Shown here piece after piece: positions 21,500-32,573 of a DNA stretch of 64,000 bases (position 1 is the first letter of the stretch; every line of letters begins with the position of its first letter). This DNA comes from Anthoceros angustus (Eukaryota; Plantae; Anthocerotophyta): the NCBI GenBank assembly GCA_010909165.1, contig VJWM01000003.1:1-64000 (forward strand). Direction: 5' to 3'. A program made the translations under genes and the position numbers. Below the pieces are notes generated by a model, which was not told the DNA's origin, searched no databases, and saw only the letters and a list, made by a program, of their open reading frames with translations.

Positions 21500-23950
21500 A
21501 GAGGTTCATGTATGGCACATTGCAGAAGATGTGAGCCCGGAAGATAAGCAGAAAATCATCAACATGCTTGAGAAAAACAAGGGTGCTTTTGCATTCAGTT
21601 GGAAGGAGCTGGGTAGGTATGAGAAGATCAAGTTCAAAGTAGTGACGACTCATGAAGAGCCCATCTTCAGAAGGAGGCATCGCCTCAGTTCAGCAGAATG
21701 GGAGATTGTTGACAAACGCTATCAAGACTTGTTCGAAGCAGGGTTGATAAGAAAATCAAGCTCTCAATATCTTTCAGCTGCCACCGCTCAAAAAGGATGA
21801 GAACGGTGAATGGAAGGACAGGAGGATGTGTGGCGACTACCGACCTCTAAACGAGGTGACTCCTATGGAGCGGTACCCCATGCCTACTCCGAGATTTTCG
21901 ATGCCATAGGTAAGGCAAAGTTCTTTACCGCTTGGACTTCCGCCGCTTCAACCAAATTGTGATTGAAGAGCAGACAAGTGCAAGACACTGGGGAAGGACC
22001 AGCTTTGGGAGTGGGAGACAATGCCGTTTGGGCTGAAAATGCTTCTATATATTTCCAAAGAATTGCGGATCTAGAGTCTGAGGCCATTTGTGCGTTGCTA
22101 CATAGATGATATCCTGGTCTTCAGTGAGACAATCGAAGAACATATGGAGCATCTAGAGATATTGCTACAGAGGCTGTCAAGCTCGGGTTTGAAAGCTCAT
22201 CCTAAGAAATGCAATTTTGCTTTCCAGCAGATCGAGTATCTGGGGCATGAGATAGTACCAGGAGGCATCATGCCTCAGCTGGCTAAGGTGCAGGCCGTGA
22301 TGCAAATGCCTAGACCAAAGGATGTAGCTGCTCTTAGAGCCTTCCGGTTTGGTGAACTATTACAGAGGTTTATGAAGGACCTCGCCCACATGTAAACCTC
22401 TGTATGAACTGCTGAAGAAAGACATTGTGGAAATGGGACCAAGACCGAGTTGGCTTGGCAAGATCTTCGGACCGCCAAGGAGAAGCCTATCTTGGCCGGG
22501 CAATTTTGATCACCCTTTCACTGCATACGCATCGGAGCACGGAATTGGAGCGGTGTTGTCACAACATGGTGCAGATGGTGTTGAGCGAGTGATAGCTTAT
22601 GCAAGCCGATCTAACAACTCCGCTGAAGTGAACTACTCCTCATATGAGGGAGAGTGTCTTGCTGCGGTATGGGCAGTTCTGCATTTCAGGGTCTATCTGT
22701 ATGGAAGGCGTTTTCAACTGGTCACAGATCACCAGCCACTTCATTGGCTGATGACCAACATGAAGTTGAGTGGTAAGCTAGCCAGGTGGGCGCTGCTGCT
22801 GTCTGAGTACGATATGGAGATCGTGCACAGGGCAGGCAAGGTGCATCACAATGCAGATGGGCTAAGCAGAAACCCGCTGGAGAGTGACAAGGATGTCACA
22901 GGAGCTCGACAGGATGAGGGGCACATCGGTGGTGCACCCAGCAGCTTCATGGCACTCATGGCCAGGATAGATGATCATGAAGAAGGACATGTGCTGACAG
23001 AGTCCGTCAGGGATGTTTGGAGACATCCTCAAGCCATACGATTCTTGAAGGAAGGCAGGTGCGGAATGACCAAGCAGCTTGGCTAAACTCGGGCGCGTGG
23101 CGGATACTCATGGGAAGATGGTGAGTCACGTCAAGGAGAACTCGTAAGGAAAGTACCAAGTCCTGAGGAAAGAGTGGGCATAGTGACCAAGGTGCACGAA
23201 ACCCTTGGCCACTTTGGTGTGAAGAGGACACACCACATGCTGAAGAGTACGTACTTCTGGTCAGGGATGTATGCAGATGTCGAGAAGGTGGTGGCTAAGT
23301 GTGCTGCATGTGATGCAGTCAAAGCCAGATTTAACACCCAGGATGTGGTGTTGCACTCCCTACCAATCAGGGGGCTATTCTTTAGATGGTCGGTTGACCT
23401 TATGCCAGAGCTTCCTCTCACAAAGCAAGGTAACCGACATTGCATGGTCATGATTGAGCATTTCTCTAAGTGGGTTGAAGTAGCGTTCTTACCACAGAGA
23501 ACTTCGCATTACACCAGCAGAGCTTTTCTGCAGTGTGTGCTCAGCCGATTTGGGAGCTGCGCGGAGGTGCTTACAGACGAGTAACGAGTTTCGAGGTGAA
23601 TTCCAGACCTTGCTAGACAGGAGTCTCATTGATCACAGGAGGACATCGAGGGATCATCCACAGGCCGATGGCCTGGCAGAAAGGCTAGTGCAGACCTTCA
23701 AGGATGCACTAAGGAAATACTGCATTACTGTGGAGCCCAAGTGTTGGGATGAATTGCTCCCTTACATCGTGTTGGGGTACAGGGTCAGTGTGCAAGCAGC
23801 TCTTGGGAGTTTCAGTCCATACTTTTTGTTATTCGGACGCAACGCAGTGTTGCCGAATGTGGTGAAGGACACTTACTCCATCCTGTTGATGGAGCAAAGA
23901 TGCAAATGTGTGCTTGGCACGAGTTCAAGCAGGCAGTATTTCAAAGAATT
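21500..23950 (+). pseudogene. RT-RNase H-integrase of gypsy element 2 (frameshifted)
   Basis: RRMCGDYRPLNEV; CYIDDILVFS; IAYASRSNNSAEVNYSSYEGECLAAVWAV...TDHQPL; HETLGHFG...CAAC; VDLM, LTD, GLAERLV. Confidence 0.95.
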
Positions 23951-24260
23951 CTTCCCATGGCTATGGACAATTTAATTTGGGACATCGGGACCGGTGAGGT
24001 ATGCTTATACGCTGGGGCTCGTGGAAGCCCAAAGCTGCAAGTTTGCATCCGAGATTATGTGTACTTGCAACACAGCCCGCAAGCACGTTAGATGTCGACA
24101 GGAGGCTTATTTTGAGAGTTGTCAGTTGGTGAGCAAGGTGTGGTTGAACTTGAAGGAAGAGATGGCGAAGGTGCAAGGAACACATGAAGCATTTGGCTCC
24201 ATGCCATTTGCCCGATCCGGATACACGAATCGCCTCGCACTGGACGCCACCAGACGGTTG

Positions 24261-24384
24261 CCACTGAGGAGTGTGGGCACACACGAAGAATTCATGTTGC
24301 TATGTGTGTAACCGTGGTTACCATCTGCTTTGCCTCAAACCCCGGGAGTGTTCCGGAAGGAGAATGGCTATGTGAGCAAGAATG
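24261..24384 (+). other. PHD finger coding segment after the integrase (element 2)
   Basis: Corrected reading LP(C)EECGHT..EFMLLC(D).CNRGYHLLCLKP..GSVPEGEWLCEQEC. It is preceded by GRLILRV...ELEGRDG...EHMKHLAPCHLPD, which element 1 also has. Confidence 0.85.
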
Positions 24385-24399
24385 TGCTAAGTGTGAACG

Positions 24400-26054
24400 T
24401 GGCTCTTACACAAGGTGGTACTGATGTTGTCTTAAATTCACACACGTTGGAAGCTGACAGTTGGCAGCAAGAAGAAGGACACAAGATGCTTGGGGCCAAA
24501 TTCACAAAATGGGTTGCTGCACATGCTAAGGGGCAAACAGAGTTGTTGCGAGAAGCCAGTGCTCTGCATGTGCAAGGAATTGTGAAGAGAGGGATTACAG
24601 AGGTACAGAGGACTGACAAGCCCGACAAGGGTCTAATTCGGACCAGAAACAAGGAGCAAAGCTGGGCACGGGTAGCTACGAGGAAGGATATCGAGCTTCT
24701 GCATGCACAAGCTAACCAAGCTCGCAGGTTGAGAATTCCTCACAGTGTTTCTAAAGGTGGTTTCACTGCTTGAGCCGGATAGAGCGCCATGGTCGCCGCC
24801 ACACGTGCATGGAAGAAGGCGTAAAAGTCTTGCCCTATCTGCTATTGCTGAAGTTGAAGCGTCAGAAGGGGAAGCGCCACCGTCACTCAAGCGCAAGAGG
24901 GGACGACCACGCAAGCATCCCCTACCAGAGATCATGGAAGACCAGCAAGAGTTCGGGGAGAAACGGTCTCAACCTGTGGAGCGGACGGTCGATGGCCGGC
25001 GGGACAGATCGCCTCCTCGCAACAGAGCAGCGGAGCACACCGCCCACTCCGAGGCAATGGGCGCCTCGATCCTACTCAGTACACCATGATTGTCGGCTTC
25101 CAGAATTCCGTGGTTGCACCTAGGGACCGCTCACCTGCAGCCATGGAGGAGGTCTCGAGCGAGGTGGAGGTCGAAGGCGCCTCCGAGTGTGCTATGAGTG
25201 TCTCAATTCAAGCAAGTTTCAGGCGGTTGGGACCCCAATTTGTGGATGATGAAGATGCGGGCAAGTGGAGCATCTTCTACTCCCGCCAAGATGACCGAAC
25301 GGGTATTCCACCGAAGTTATGATGAGCTTCACATCTTCATCAGATGTTGAGGAGCATCATGAAAGTGGGTGGAGCATTATCCCATGAACACCGGATTTGT
25401 TTGAGCTCAGGTCGGGGTCTGGCGCTTGCCACAGACTGGACAAGTTATGCAGAGGGTGCATGGAGGAAGCTGCAGCATCACTTTCAGATGCATCAATGGT
25501 TTGACGGAATGAGATTGCCAGCAGAATTCGTTGACTGGGGAGACACATACCCTCGTCGCTTGGTTTTTCTCAAGGAATGGTTTCGAGTGTTCCATCATTT
25601 GCAGACAGGGCATCATGTGGTAGGATGGCCTCGCCAGTTTTACATTCTGACCAACAAATTGAGGACCCCTCATGTTGATCAGCGTGCTTGGACTCGAGAG
25701 GAGAAGAATGCTTTCAACTGTCTCAGGAGACTCGCCAGCCCGCACATCTACACTTCCTGTAAGCTGCCGTTTTTCAATTACCCAACCCAGGAAGCTTACA
25801 GTAGAGACATGGATGCCGGACAGGATGGCATACATCCTGTTTTCAGCCAGTTCGATGCACAGAAGCGCTTTGTGGAAGAACAGGTTGACAGTCTCTCTGG
25901 ATTCAAGCTGCCCAGCGAGATTACTATTAAGCAGGAGGCACAAGAAGACCCATCAGATGATGAGGATCTCGAAGATGACGCAATTCCTCCTCCTCAGGGA
26001 GAGCCACCCTCGGTATTGGACAAGTTGCGTTTTCGATGGTGGGGACGTTGGTAA
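24400..26054 (+). CDS. Extra sense-strand ORF(s) of unknown function between integrase-PHD and the 3' LTR, with an AT-hook motif
   Basis: Overlapping ORFs 24330-24773, 24745-25089, 25086-25322 and 25344-26054 (236 aa open). KRKRGRPRK at 24889-24915; acidic tail DPSDDEDLEDD. Confidence 0.5.
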
Positions 26055-26137
26055 CAGCTGTGTGTTTTTCTAGGCCACATGGTCTAGACAATTTTGTGGG
26101 AAACCAGGTGGCTAGGCCTCCAAGTTTCCTGTGGGGG

Positions 26138-28378
26138 TGTCAGGCCGGGCTCTCTTAGGCAAACCCCTTTGTAGCCTTGCCCTTGGTCATAGGCCAAGGA
26201 CAATTTATGGCTAGGATTGTTGCTCCGGCCAAGGCCAAGGAGATCGCAGGAAGGATGGTGCTTAGCGACTTAGCTTTGTAGACAGGCTAGGTAGGCATGC
26301 AATCTATATGCATGGTTATGCATGTAAGGCGCGTATCATGCTTGTATGGGAAACAGAGCACCTAAGACTCTATGACTGGATATTGACTAGAGCATCCTGG
26401 GCATAAGCCCAATGCCGAAATGACTAGATATCGATCGGAGCATCTCGCATAAGCCACGATCTTTGAAGTGTGATGATGTCATGTACATGGCCCATGGATG
26501 GCCTGCACATGACATGTATGCCATGTATGCATGTGTGCCATGTATGCATGCGTATGGAGATGAAGGATGACATGTGATGTATGTGGACATGTAGCAGGAG
26601 ATGTATCATGGCGCATGTAATCTATATGCATGGTTATGCATGTAAGGCGCGGTGCTATGACGCATATATAGATAGTAGATTTATATTAGAAATACATAAA
26701 AATCGTAAATCAAGGAAAAGGGCGAATAGGTGTTAAACACATAAAATATTATTATTTCAAGGCCAAGGAAAGTAGGATTATAAAGTGCCCACCATCGATA
26801 CGGTGGACACTTCATCGAGAACTCTTGGGGTTTTGCCTATATGTAGGCACCACCATGGATTCTTGGATTGTTGATGTTTGTCTTGTTCTAATAGATGCCC
26901 ATACTGCCCCTCACTGTGTCTTTGTCTCCTAGAGGTTCTTGTGGTTCGTTGCATTGTCGGGTTGGGAGAATTTTCTAGCTTGATTTCACTGCTCATGCCC
27001 CGGCCGCCTCTCTTAAGCGGGCCCTTTTGTAGCCTTGCCCTTGGTCATAGGCCAAGGACAATTTATGGCTAGGTTATTGCTCGGGCCATAGGCCAAGGAG
27101 ATCGCAGCCGGTGCTTAGCGACTTAGCTTTGTAGAGGCTAGGTAGGCATGCAATCTATATGCATGTGTGCCATGTATGCCATGTATGCATGCGTATGGAG
27201 ATGAAGGATGACATGTGATGTATGTGGACATGGATCTTGACTAGAGCATCCCGGCATAAGCCACGAATCGAAATGACTAGATCTTGTTGGAGCATCTCGG
27301 GCATAAGCCCTGATGCTGAAGTGCTTGATGATGTCATGTACATGGCCCATGGATGGCCTGCACATGACATGTATGCCATGTATGCATGTGTGCCATGTAT
27401 GCATACGTATGGAGATGAAGGATGACATGTGATGTATGTGGACATGTGGCAGGTGATGTGTCATGGCGCATGCAATCTATATGCATGGTTATGCATGTAA
27501 GGCGCGGTGCTATGACGCATATATAGACAGCAGATTTATATTAGAAAATACATAAAAATCATAAATCAAGGAAAAGGGCGAATAGGCTGTTAAACACATA
27601 AAAATATTATTATTTCAAAGGCCAAGGAAAGTAGGATTATAAAGTGCCCACCATCGATACGGGTGGACACTTCATCGAGAACTCTTGGGGTTTTGCCTAT
27701 ATGTGGGCACCACCATGGATTCTTGGATTGTTGATGTTTGTCTTGTTCTAATAGACAGCCATACTTGTCCTGCGTGTCTTTGTCTCCTAGAGGTTCTTGT
27801 GGTTCGTTGCATTGTCGGGTTGGGAGAATTTTCTAGCTTGATTTCACTGCTCATGCCCCGGCCGCCTCTCTTAAGCGGACCACCTTTTGTAGCCTTGCCC
27901 TTGGTCATAGGCCAAGGACAATTTATGGCTAGGTTATTGCTCCGGCCATAGGCCAAGGAGATCGCAGTGCTTGGTGCTTAGCGACTTAGCTTTGTAGACA
28001 GTTAGGTAGGCATGCGGTATCACGGTGCTGTGACCTCCTATAAGAGGAGGAGGATTTCACAAAGTAAAGTATCATGTCTTGCGCTTCCATACTCCCGAGT
28101 CCTTTGCCTTGGTAAAGGAATTTCGTGCCGGCTGTGAGCCAACGCAGCGTCTGGTAGAGAGGAAGTCGCGGTGGTCGGAGTGCTTGGTGGAGGGCTTGCT
28201 TCCTGCAAGCGCCTAAACGAGTTGCTCCCCTTGTGAATGGTTGCTGTGAAATTGCTTTGCTTTGGGTGTGTGGCAATGCCCAGGGAACTCTCGGCTAGAG
28301 GTTGATCCACAGGGAAAGACTCCCTGAAGGTGCTCGCTGACTGGTGTCAAACTCATAGCAACCGGCCCAAGGAAGACA
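26138..28378 (+). repeat. 3' LTR of element 2 with an internal ~860-bp tandem amplification
   Basis: TG...CA ends. The block ctctctta.gc...gtagccttgcccttggtcataggccaagg recurs at ~26150, ~27008 and ~27866. The last ~340 bp match 38-358. Confidence 0.8.
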
Positions 28379-28474
28379 TGGTCCTCTTTTAGTGGAGAAA
28401 AACCGCTAAACCTGGGATCATTTGCTTGGCCATTTCTAACCTGGTCCTCTTTAGTGGAGAAAAACCGCTAAACC
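28379..28474 (+). repeat. Short direct repeat (~34 bp, twice) next to the LTR end
   Basis: tggtcctcttt(t)agtggagaaaaaccgctaaacc at 28379 and ~28442. Confidence 0.85.
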
Positions 28475-29285
28475 AGGAGAGAGTGTTCCTTTTGGATGCT
28501 TGGTAAGGTATTCTTTCTTTCCGAGCTGCAATCAAGGTGTATGAAGGTCAGTTTCCTCCCATCTTTTGTTCGTTTGTGGCTCCGGCTCCTTTGTTACTCG
28601 GGCCAATAGACTTTGAGACTTTCTCGCTCTTCTCTCCTTGTTAGTGCTTGCCACTTGTTGGACGCGTTTCTCCGGACAAGGGATGCTGCAAAGAACCTCA
28701 ACCTGAGAGAGTGGCCAAGCAGGGTCCGAATACCATGCAGGTTGGGAATCAAGCCATTGGAAATGACCAGGAATACGGTTTTGACAAGTGTCCTGTTGTG
28801 GTGGGTACGCCACATGGTGAGTGGATTTGCAAGAAAAAGGAGAAGCGCGGGCAAGGAGACGCGTCCAAGAAGATGGGAAGGCACCGCGAACGACCACGGA
28901 TTGCCCTACGAAAATTAGAATTGAAGGGACATGCACCATGAATGCGCGTGGGCTCGAGTGGTGGGACCCAGGCGCATTCGTCGTGATGTCCTCAAAGCAT
29001 TAAGCATTTGCAAGCTCAAAGGCTTGGCACCATACTTCGCAGTCAGTGCGGAAAAACAAGCCATGAGTGTGATGCGGCTTTCACATCGAAGCCGACAAGA
29101 GTGACTGCGCTGTTCGCAGTGACTTCCGAAAAGAACGCTAATACCTTATTTTAAGGTTTCTTTCTCCTGGCAATTCAGCTTCTCACTGCGCCTTCCGTAG
29201 TGTCGTATACCTGTAAATAGCCTCCACAATAAGGCGGGTGCAGGCGCTGGTTCCGTTACATATCCCCGGGATCTTAAACTCCATT

Positions 29286-29302
29286 ACCTAAAACCCTAAA
29301 CC
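29286..29302 (+). promoter_or_regulatory. Telobox-like motif (AAACCCTAA) upstream of the Myb ORF; similar motifs at ~7618, ~7773, ~43869, ~46479, ~52171 and ~52628
   Basis: acctaaaaccctaaacc just before the ATG region. Teloboxes are known plant promoter elements; function here is not shown. Confidence 0.4.
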
Positions 29303-29327
29303 ATGATCGTGCACCGGGTGTGGATCT

Positions 29328-30613
29328 ATGCAACACCAACGTGCAAGCGTCCTAGGCGTCCGTCACTCTTGGAATACTGCATCATGGAGGAAACCATTCG
29401 TGTCTACATGCGGTGGAGAAGAACGCTATGGCACAAGATACGTAACAACGGGAGTCGACGACGATGTTATGCTTGGAAGTGCCAAAGATTTCCTCAAAGC
29501 TGTAGGCAAACGACCCGAATCCATTGCATGGAGTGAAGAGGCCACAACAACACTCATTGAAGCTTACTTGGAGATGCAGATTGTGCACCTCAAGCACAGG
29601 AATTTGGGGACGAAGCACTGGACACGAATTGCCCAAGAAATCAGCAGCACCTGCAACATGGACAACCTCACAGCTAGGAAATGCAAACAAAAGTTGGAAA
29701 ACTTGAAGAAGCGCTACAGGAAGGAGAAGGACATGAAGGCAAGCTCTTGCCAAACAAACTCCTCTTGGCCACACTTTGCTGCAATGGCAACACTTTGTGA
29801 CAACAACCCCAAGTTCGCGGGAATCCCCAACGGCATAGACCCAGGTAAATCCATTTCCACTTTGTCTTCGCAGACTGCTCCAAAATTGGAGGGTGCCACA
29901 AAACCTAGTGCTCCTACTGCTGAAGTTGAGGAGACAGATGTTGCTAACATCGGGACGCCTCCACCTATGCCTGCAAGAGCCAACACAAGGTACCTGCCTA
30001 TGCCAAATCTATGAGTGATCAAAGGAACCTACCAAGCTAGACTACAGTGGTGCTTTGTCCCGCTTCAAGTTGTGCATGGCATCTATTCTTTGCTTGCCAT
30101 CTAACTGTCGTAGATTCTGCATGAGTAGGTTGCAGATTTTGTTGCATTCTGTGTGTAAGCCTGCATGCTAATCTAGTCTGGTGTATGTCTCTGCATGCTA
30201 ATCTAGTCTGATGTATGTCTCTGCATGCTCATCTACTCTGCTGTACGTCTCTGCATGCTAATCTAGTCTGGTGTATGTCTCTGCCCTCTGGTTGGTCATT
30301 TTGCAGTGAAGGCGGGGTTTCACACGTTCCTGAAACACCATGTGACAGCAACCATTCACCTTCCGAAACAGATAATGAGAGGCACACTCCAGGTGGAGTG
30401 CAATCCAAAAAAATAAAGCGACGTAGGTCATCAGGTGGTTTAGGCAAGGACCTCAAGTCTGGCTTGGCAGCTTTTGCTGAATGCCTCGCTCAGATTGAGT
30501 CGGCCAAGATGGCCAATTCCTTGCAGATGCAAAAGCTCTTTCTCGCGAATGGAGATGGCGAAAGTCTTGGCAGGGCGGTCATTGAAGAAAAGCAAGCCCA
30601 GTGTGCCAAATGA
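29328..30613 (+). CDS. Harbinger Myb/SANT (trihelix-like) DNA-binding protein, two exons (29328-29989, 30307-30613)
   Basis: WSEEATTTLIEAY...HWTRIAQEI...CKQKLENLKKRYRKEK...WPHF. The GT donor at 29990 and the ttttgcAG acceptor at 30306 join in frame (ag+t = Ser, then EGGVSH). Confidence 0.85.
30161..30285 (+). repeat. 30-bp tandem repeat (4+ copies) within the Myb gene intron
   Basis: ctgcatgctaatctagtctggtgtatgtct at 30161, 30191, 30221 and 30251. Confidence 0.92.
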
Positions 30614-30747
30614 GTAGAAGTCCTTTTCATTAAGGAATATTATTGGCTTCTTAAAAGCAATTTTCTATTTGCAAATGTCTTCTTTGAAGATGAACCACAT
30701 CTTCACGTTTTAAGTTTTTTCTTTGACACTTTCCACCATTCCATACT

Positions 30748-32014
30748 CTATGTTTCAGCAACTAGGGGACCTTGTGCAGAAATTCTCCAAGCATCAAACA
30801 AAGCCTGTCTCCTCTTTTTCGCTTCGTTATACAAATGTCTATATGACATATCCTCCCACATATTCATTTCTTGGCCATCATGTAAAGGATATGGATCCAC
30901 ATCCACATCACGGGGATGTGCCTCGCCAGACATGATACAATAATTATGTAACACACAACAAGCAATTATAACTTGAGAGGCATATTTCAACCTTACATTG
31001 AAGCTTTTCAATATGCGCCACCTGTTCTTCAAGAGTGCAAAAGCATTTTCTATCTTCACCCGCCCACGCCGCATGCTCCTATTGAACATAGCCTTTTCTC
31101 TATCATTTCCCACGCATGAAAAGCTTTTCAAAGAAAAGGCATCAAAGGGTACGGAATCACCCACAATAAATGGAGTAATAGTTGTCCCACAAATTTCCAT
31201 GGAAGGTGATGTCAATATTTGTCCCTGTCATTTTCGCCATACGCTTTCGTAAAATTGTAGCATCATGGACACCACCGGATGAGTGCAAGACACATCAAGG
31301 AATAATTGGTCGAATCACATATTCCTTGCAAAACAACAGTGAATGTCATGCCGACACCAATAGGCCACTGGGTTGTCTTTCGTATCGGTTGTCTAGCCAA
31401 CTTGATATGAGATCCATCTCGCTCCAACCATATTTGGTAATCTGTGAGAACCAAAACTTTGCGAGATATATTCCGTTCTTGAGTTGTGGAGGGCCAAGAA
31501 ATAAATCTTGAGAACAACTTGTCAGGATTGCTTAAAACTTCAGTAACCAACAAAGTGTCTTGAACCACGTGGATGCCCCAACTCCATACATGTCCGCAAC
31601 AATATGTGGTGGAAGCCCTCTAGCGAGTCGATGCAACACCATGGCAACAGCATGGTGCAACTCCACTGGTTCTCTTAACCCAGCACGCACAATATAAGGC
31701 TTGAAAAGGTCAACCAAGGCCATGAAATTAGGGTATGACATCCTATAAGCAAAACGGCATTGCGCATCTCTCACCGCTTCTCCATTGATTTGCCAAGCTC
31801 TCATGTGAACATCTCGCCACAGCGTTACTTGACGAGGGAATTTCCACCATATTCTAGATTGCTTCCGTTCAATCTCCTCTCCGCTAGCTGCCACAATAAT
31901 TGTGATTAAAACAGCTATAATCATAGAATAAAGCAATAAACTATCTTCTTGAAGAAGAGCATTAGGAACAGATTGATGAACTTGGAGAACTAAGTTAAGA
32001 CACAAGATTTGCAT
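30748..32014 (-). pseudogene. Harbinger DDE transposase (HARBI1/DDE_Tnp_4-like), frameshifted
   Basis: YRMSYPNF..LVDL...AVAMVLHRLARG...VADMYGVG (HTH); DGSHI; VVLQGICD; IVGDS; FNRSMRRGRVKIENAFALLKNRWRIL...IIACCVLHNYC. Confidence 0.92.
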
Positions 32015-32573
32015 GCAAACCTATTCATCATTTTAGGGCATAAAATAACATACAACACTATAATGAAGAAACTATGCACTTCAAAACTTCAAGATACCAA
32101 GACCTTGGTAGAGGATTGTCTCTACCAAGAAAAGTAAATAACAAAAAAAACAACTCTAACATAACACATGAAAAAAACCAGCAAGACTCTTCTCCACAAA
32201 CGAAATGGGACAGGACACCCAAGAAATGAAAACCCTAACATGAGAATACCACACACCGCCTTCTTATGTAGGTCTAGGGCTAGACCTATCTCTTATGATC
32301 TCATGCTCTCTTAGAATGACATTATAAATAAAACTTATTATTTAACTCACCGGAACCCGGCCCTGGGATACCGCTGACCGATTCCGTACTTTTCGGGCAC
32401 TCATTATGAAAGCTTATTCCCAAGCACTACACTGTTCACGGCGCCGTTCATTACGAACGGCGCCGTGAGCCTAAAAACCGCGCAGTATTTCTATTCTAGG
32501 TTTCCGATGCAGTTCATTAAAGTGCACTGCGCAGTGAAGAGGAAACTTGTCTTCTTCGATGTGAAAGCCACAT

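Larger units (their letters stand above)
19330..28378 (+). mobile_element. Ty3/gypsy element 2 (5'-truncated): protease, C5-DNMT, RT, RNase H, integrase, PHD, extra ORF, 3' LTR
   Basis: Domain motifs are listed in the component features. The 3' LTR is bounded by TG at 26138 (after a short purine-rich tract) and CA at 28378. No 5' LTR or gag is seen immediately upstream. Confidence 0.9.
29072..32573. mobile_element. PIF/Harbinger DNA transposon (~3.5 kb) with convergent Myb/SANT and transposase genes
   Basis: Terminal inverted repeats atg(c/t)ggctttcacatcgaag(cc/aa)gacaag, 25 of 28 matching. The two-gene content is typical of Harbingers. Confidence 0.88.

Noticed and set aside
26387-27464. 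His/Met-rich ORFs
   Set aside because: Produced by CATG-rich LTR repeats; no protein-like features.
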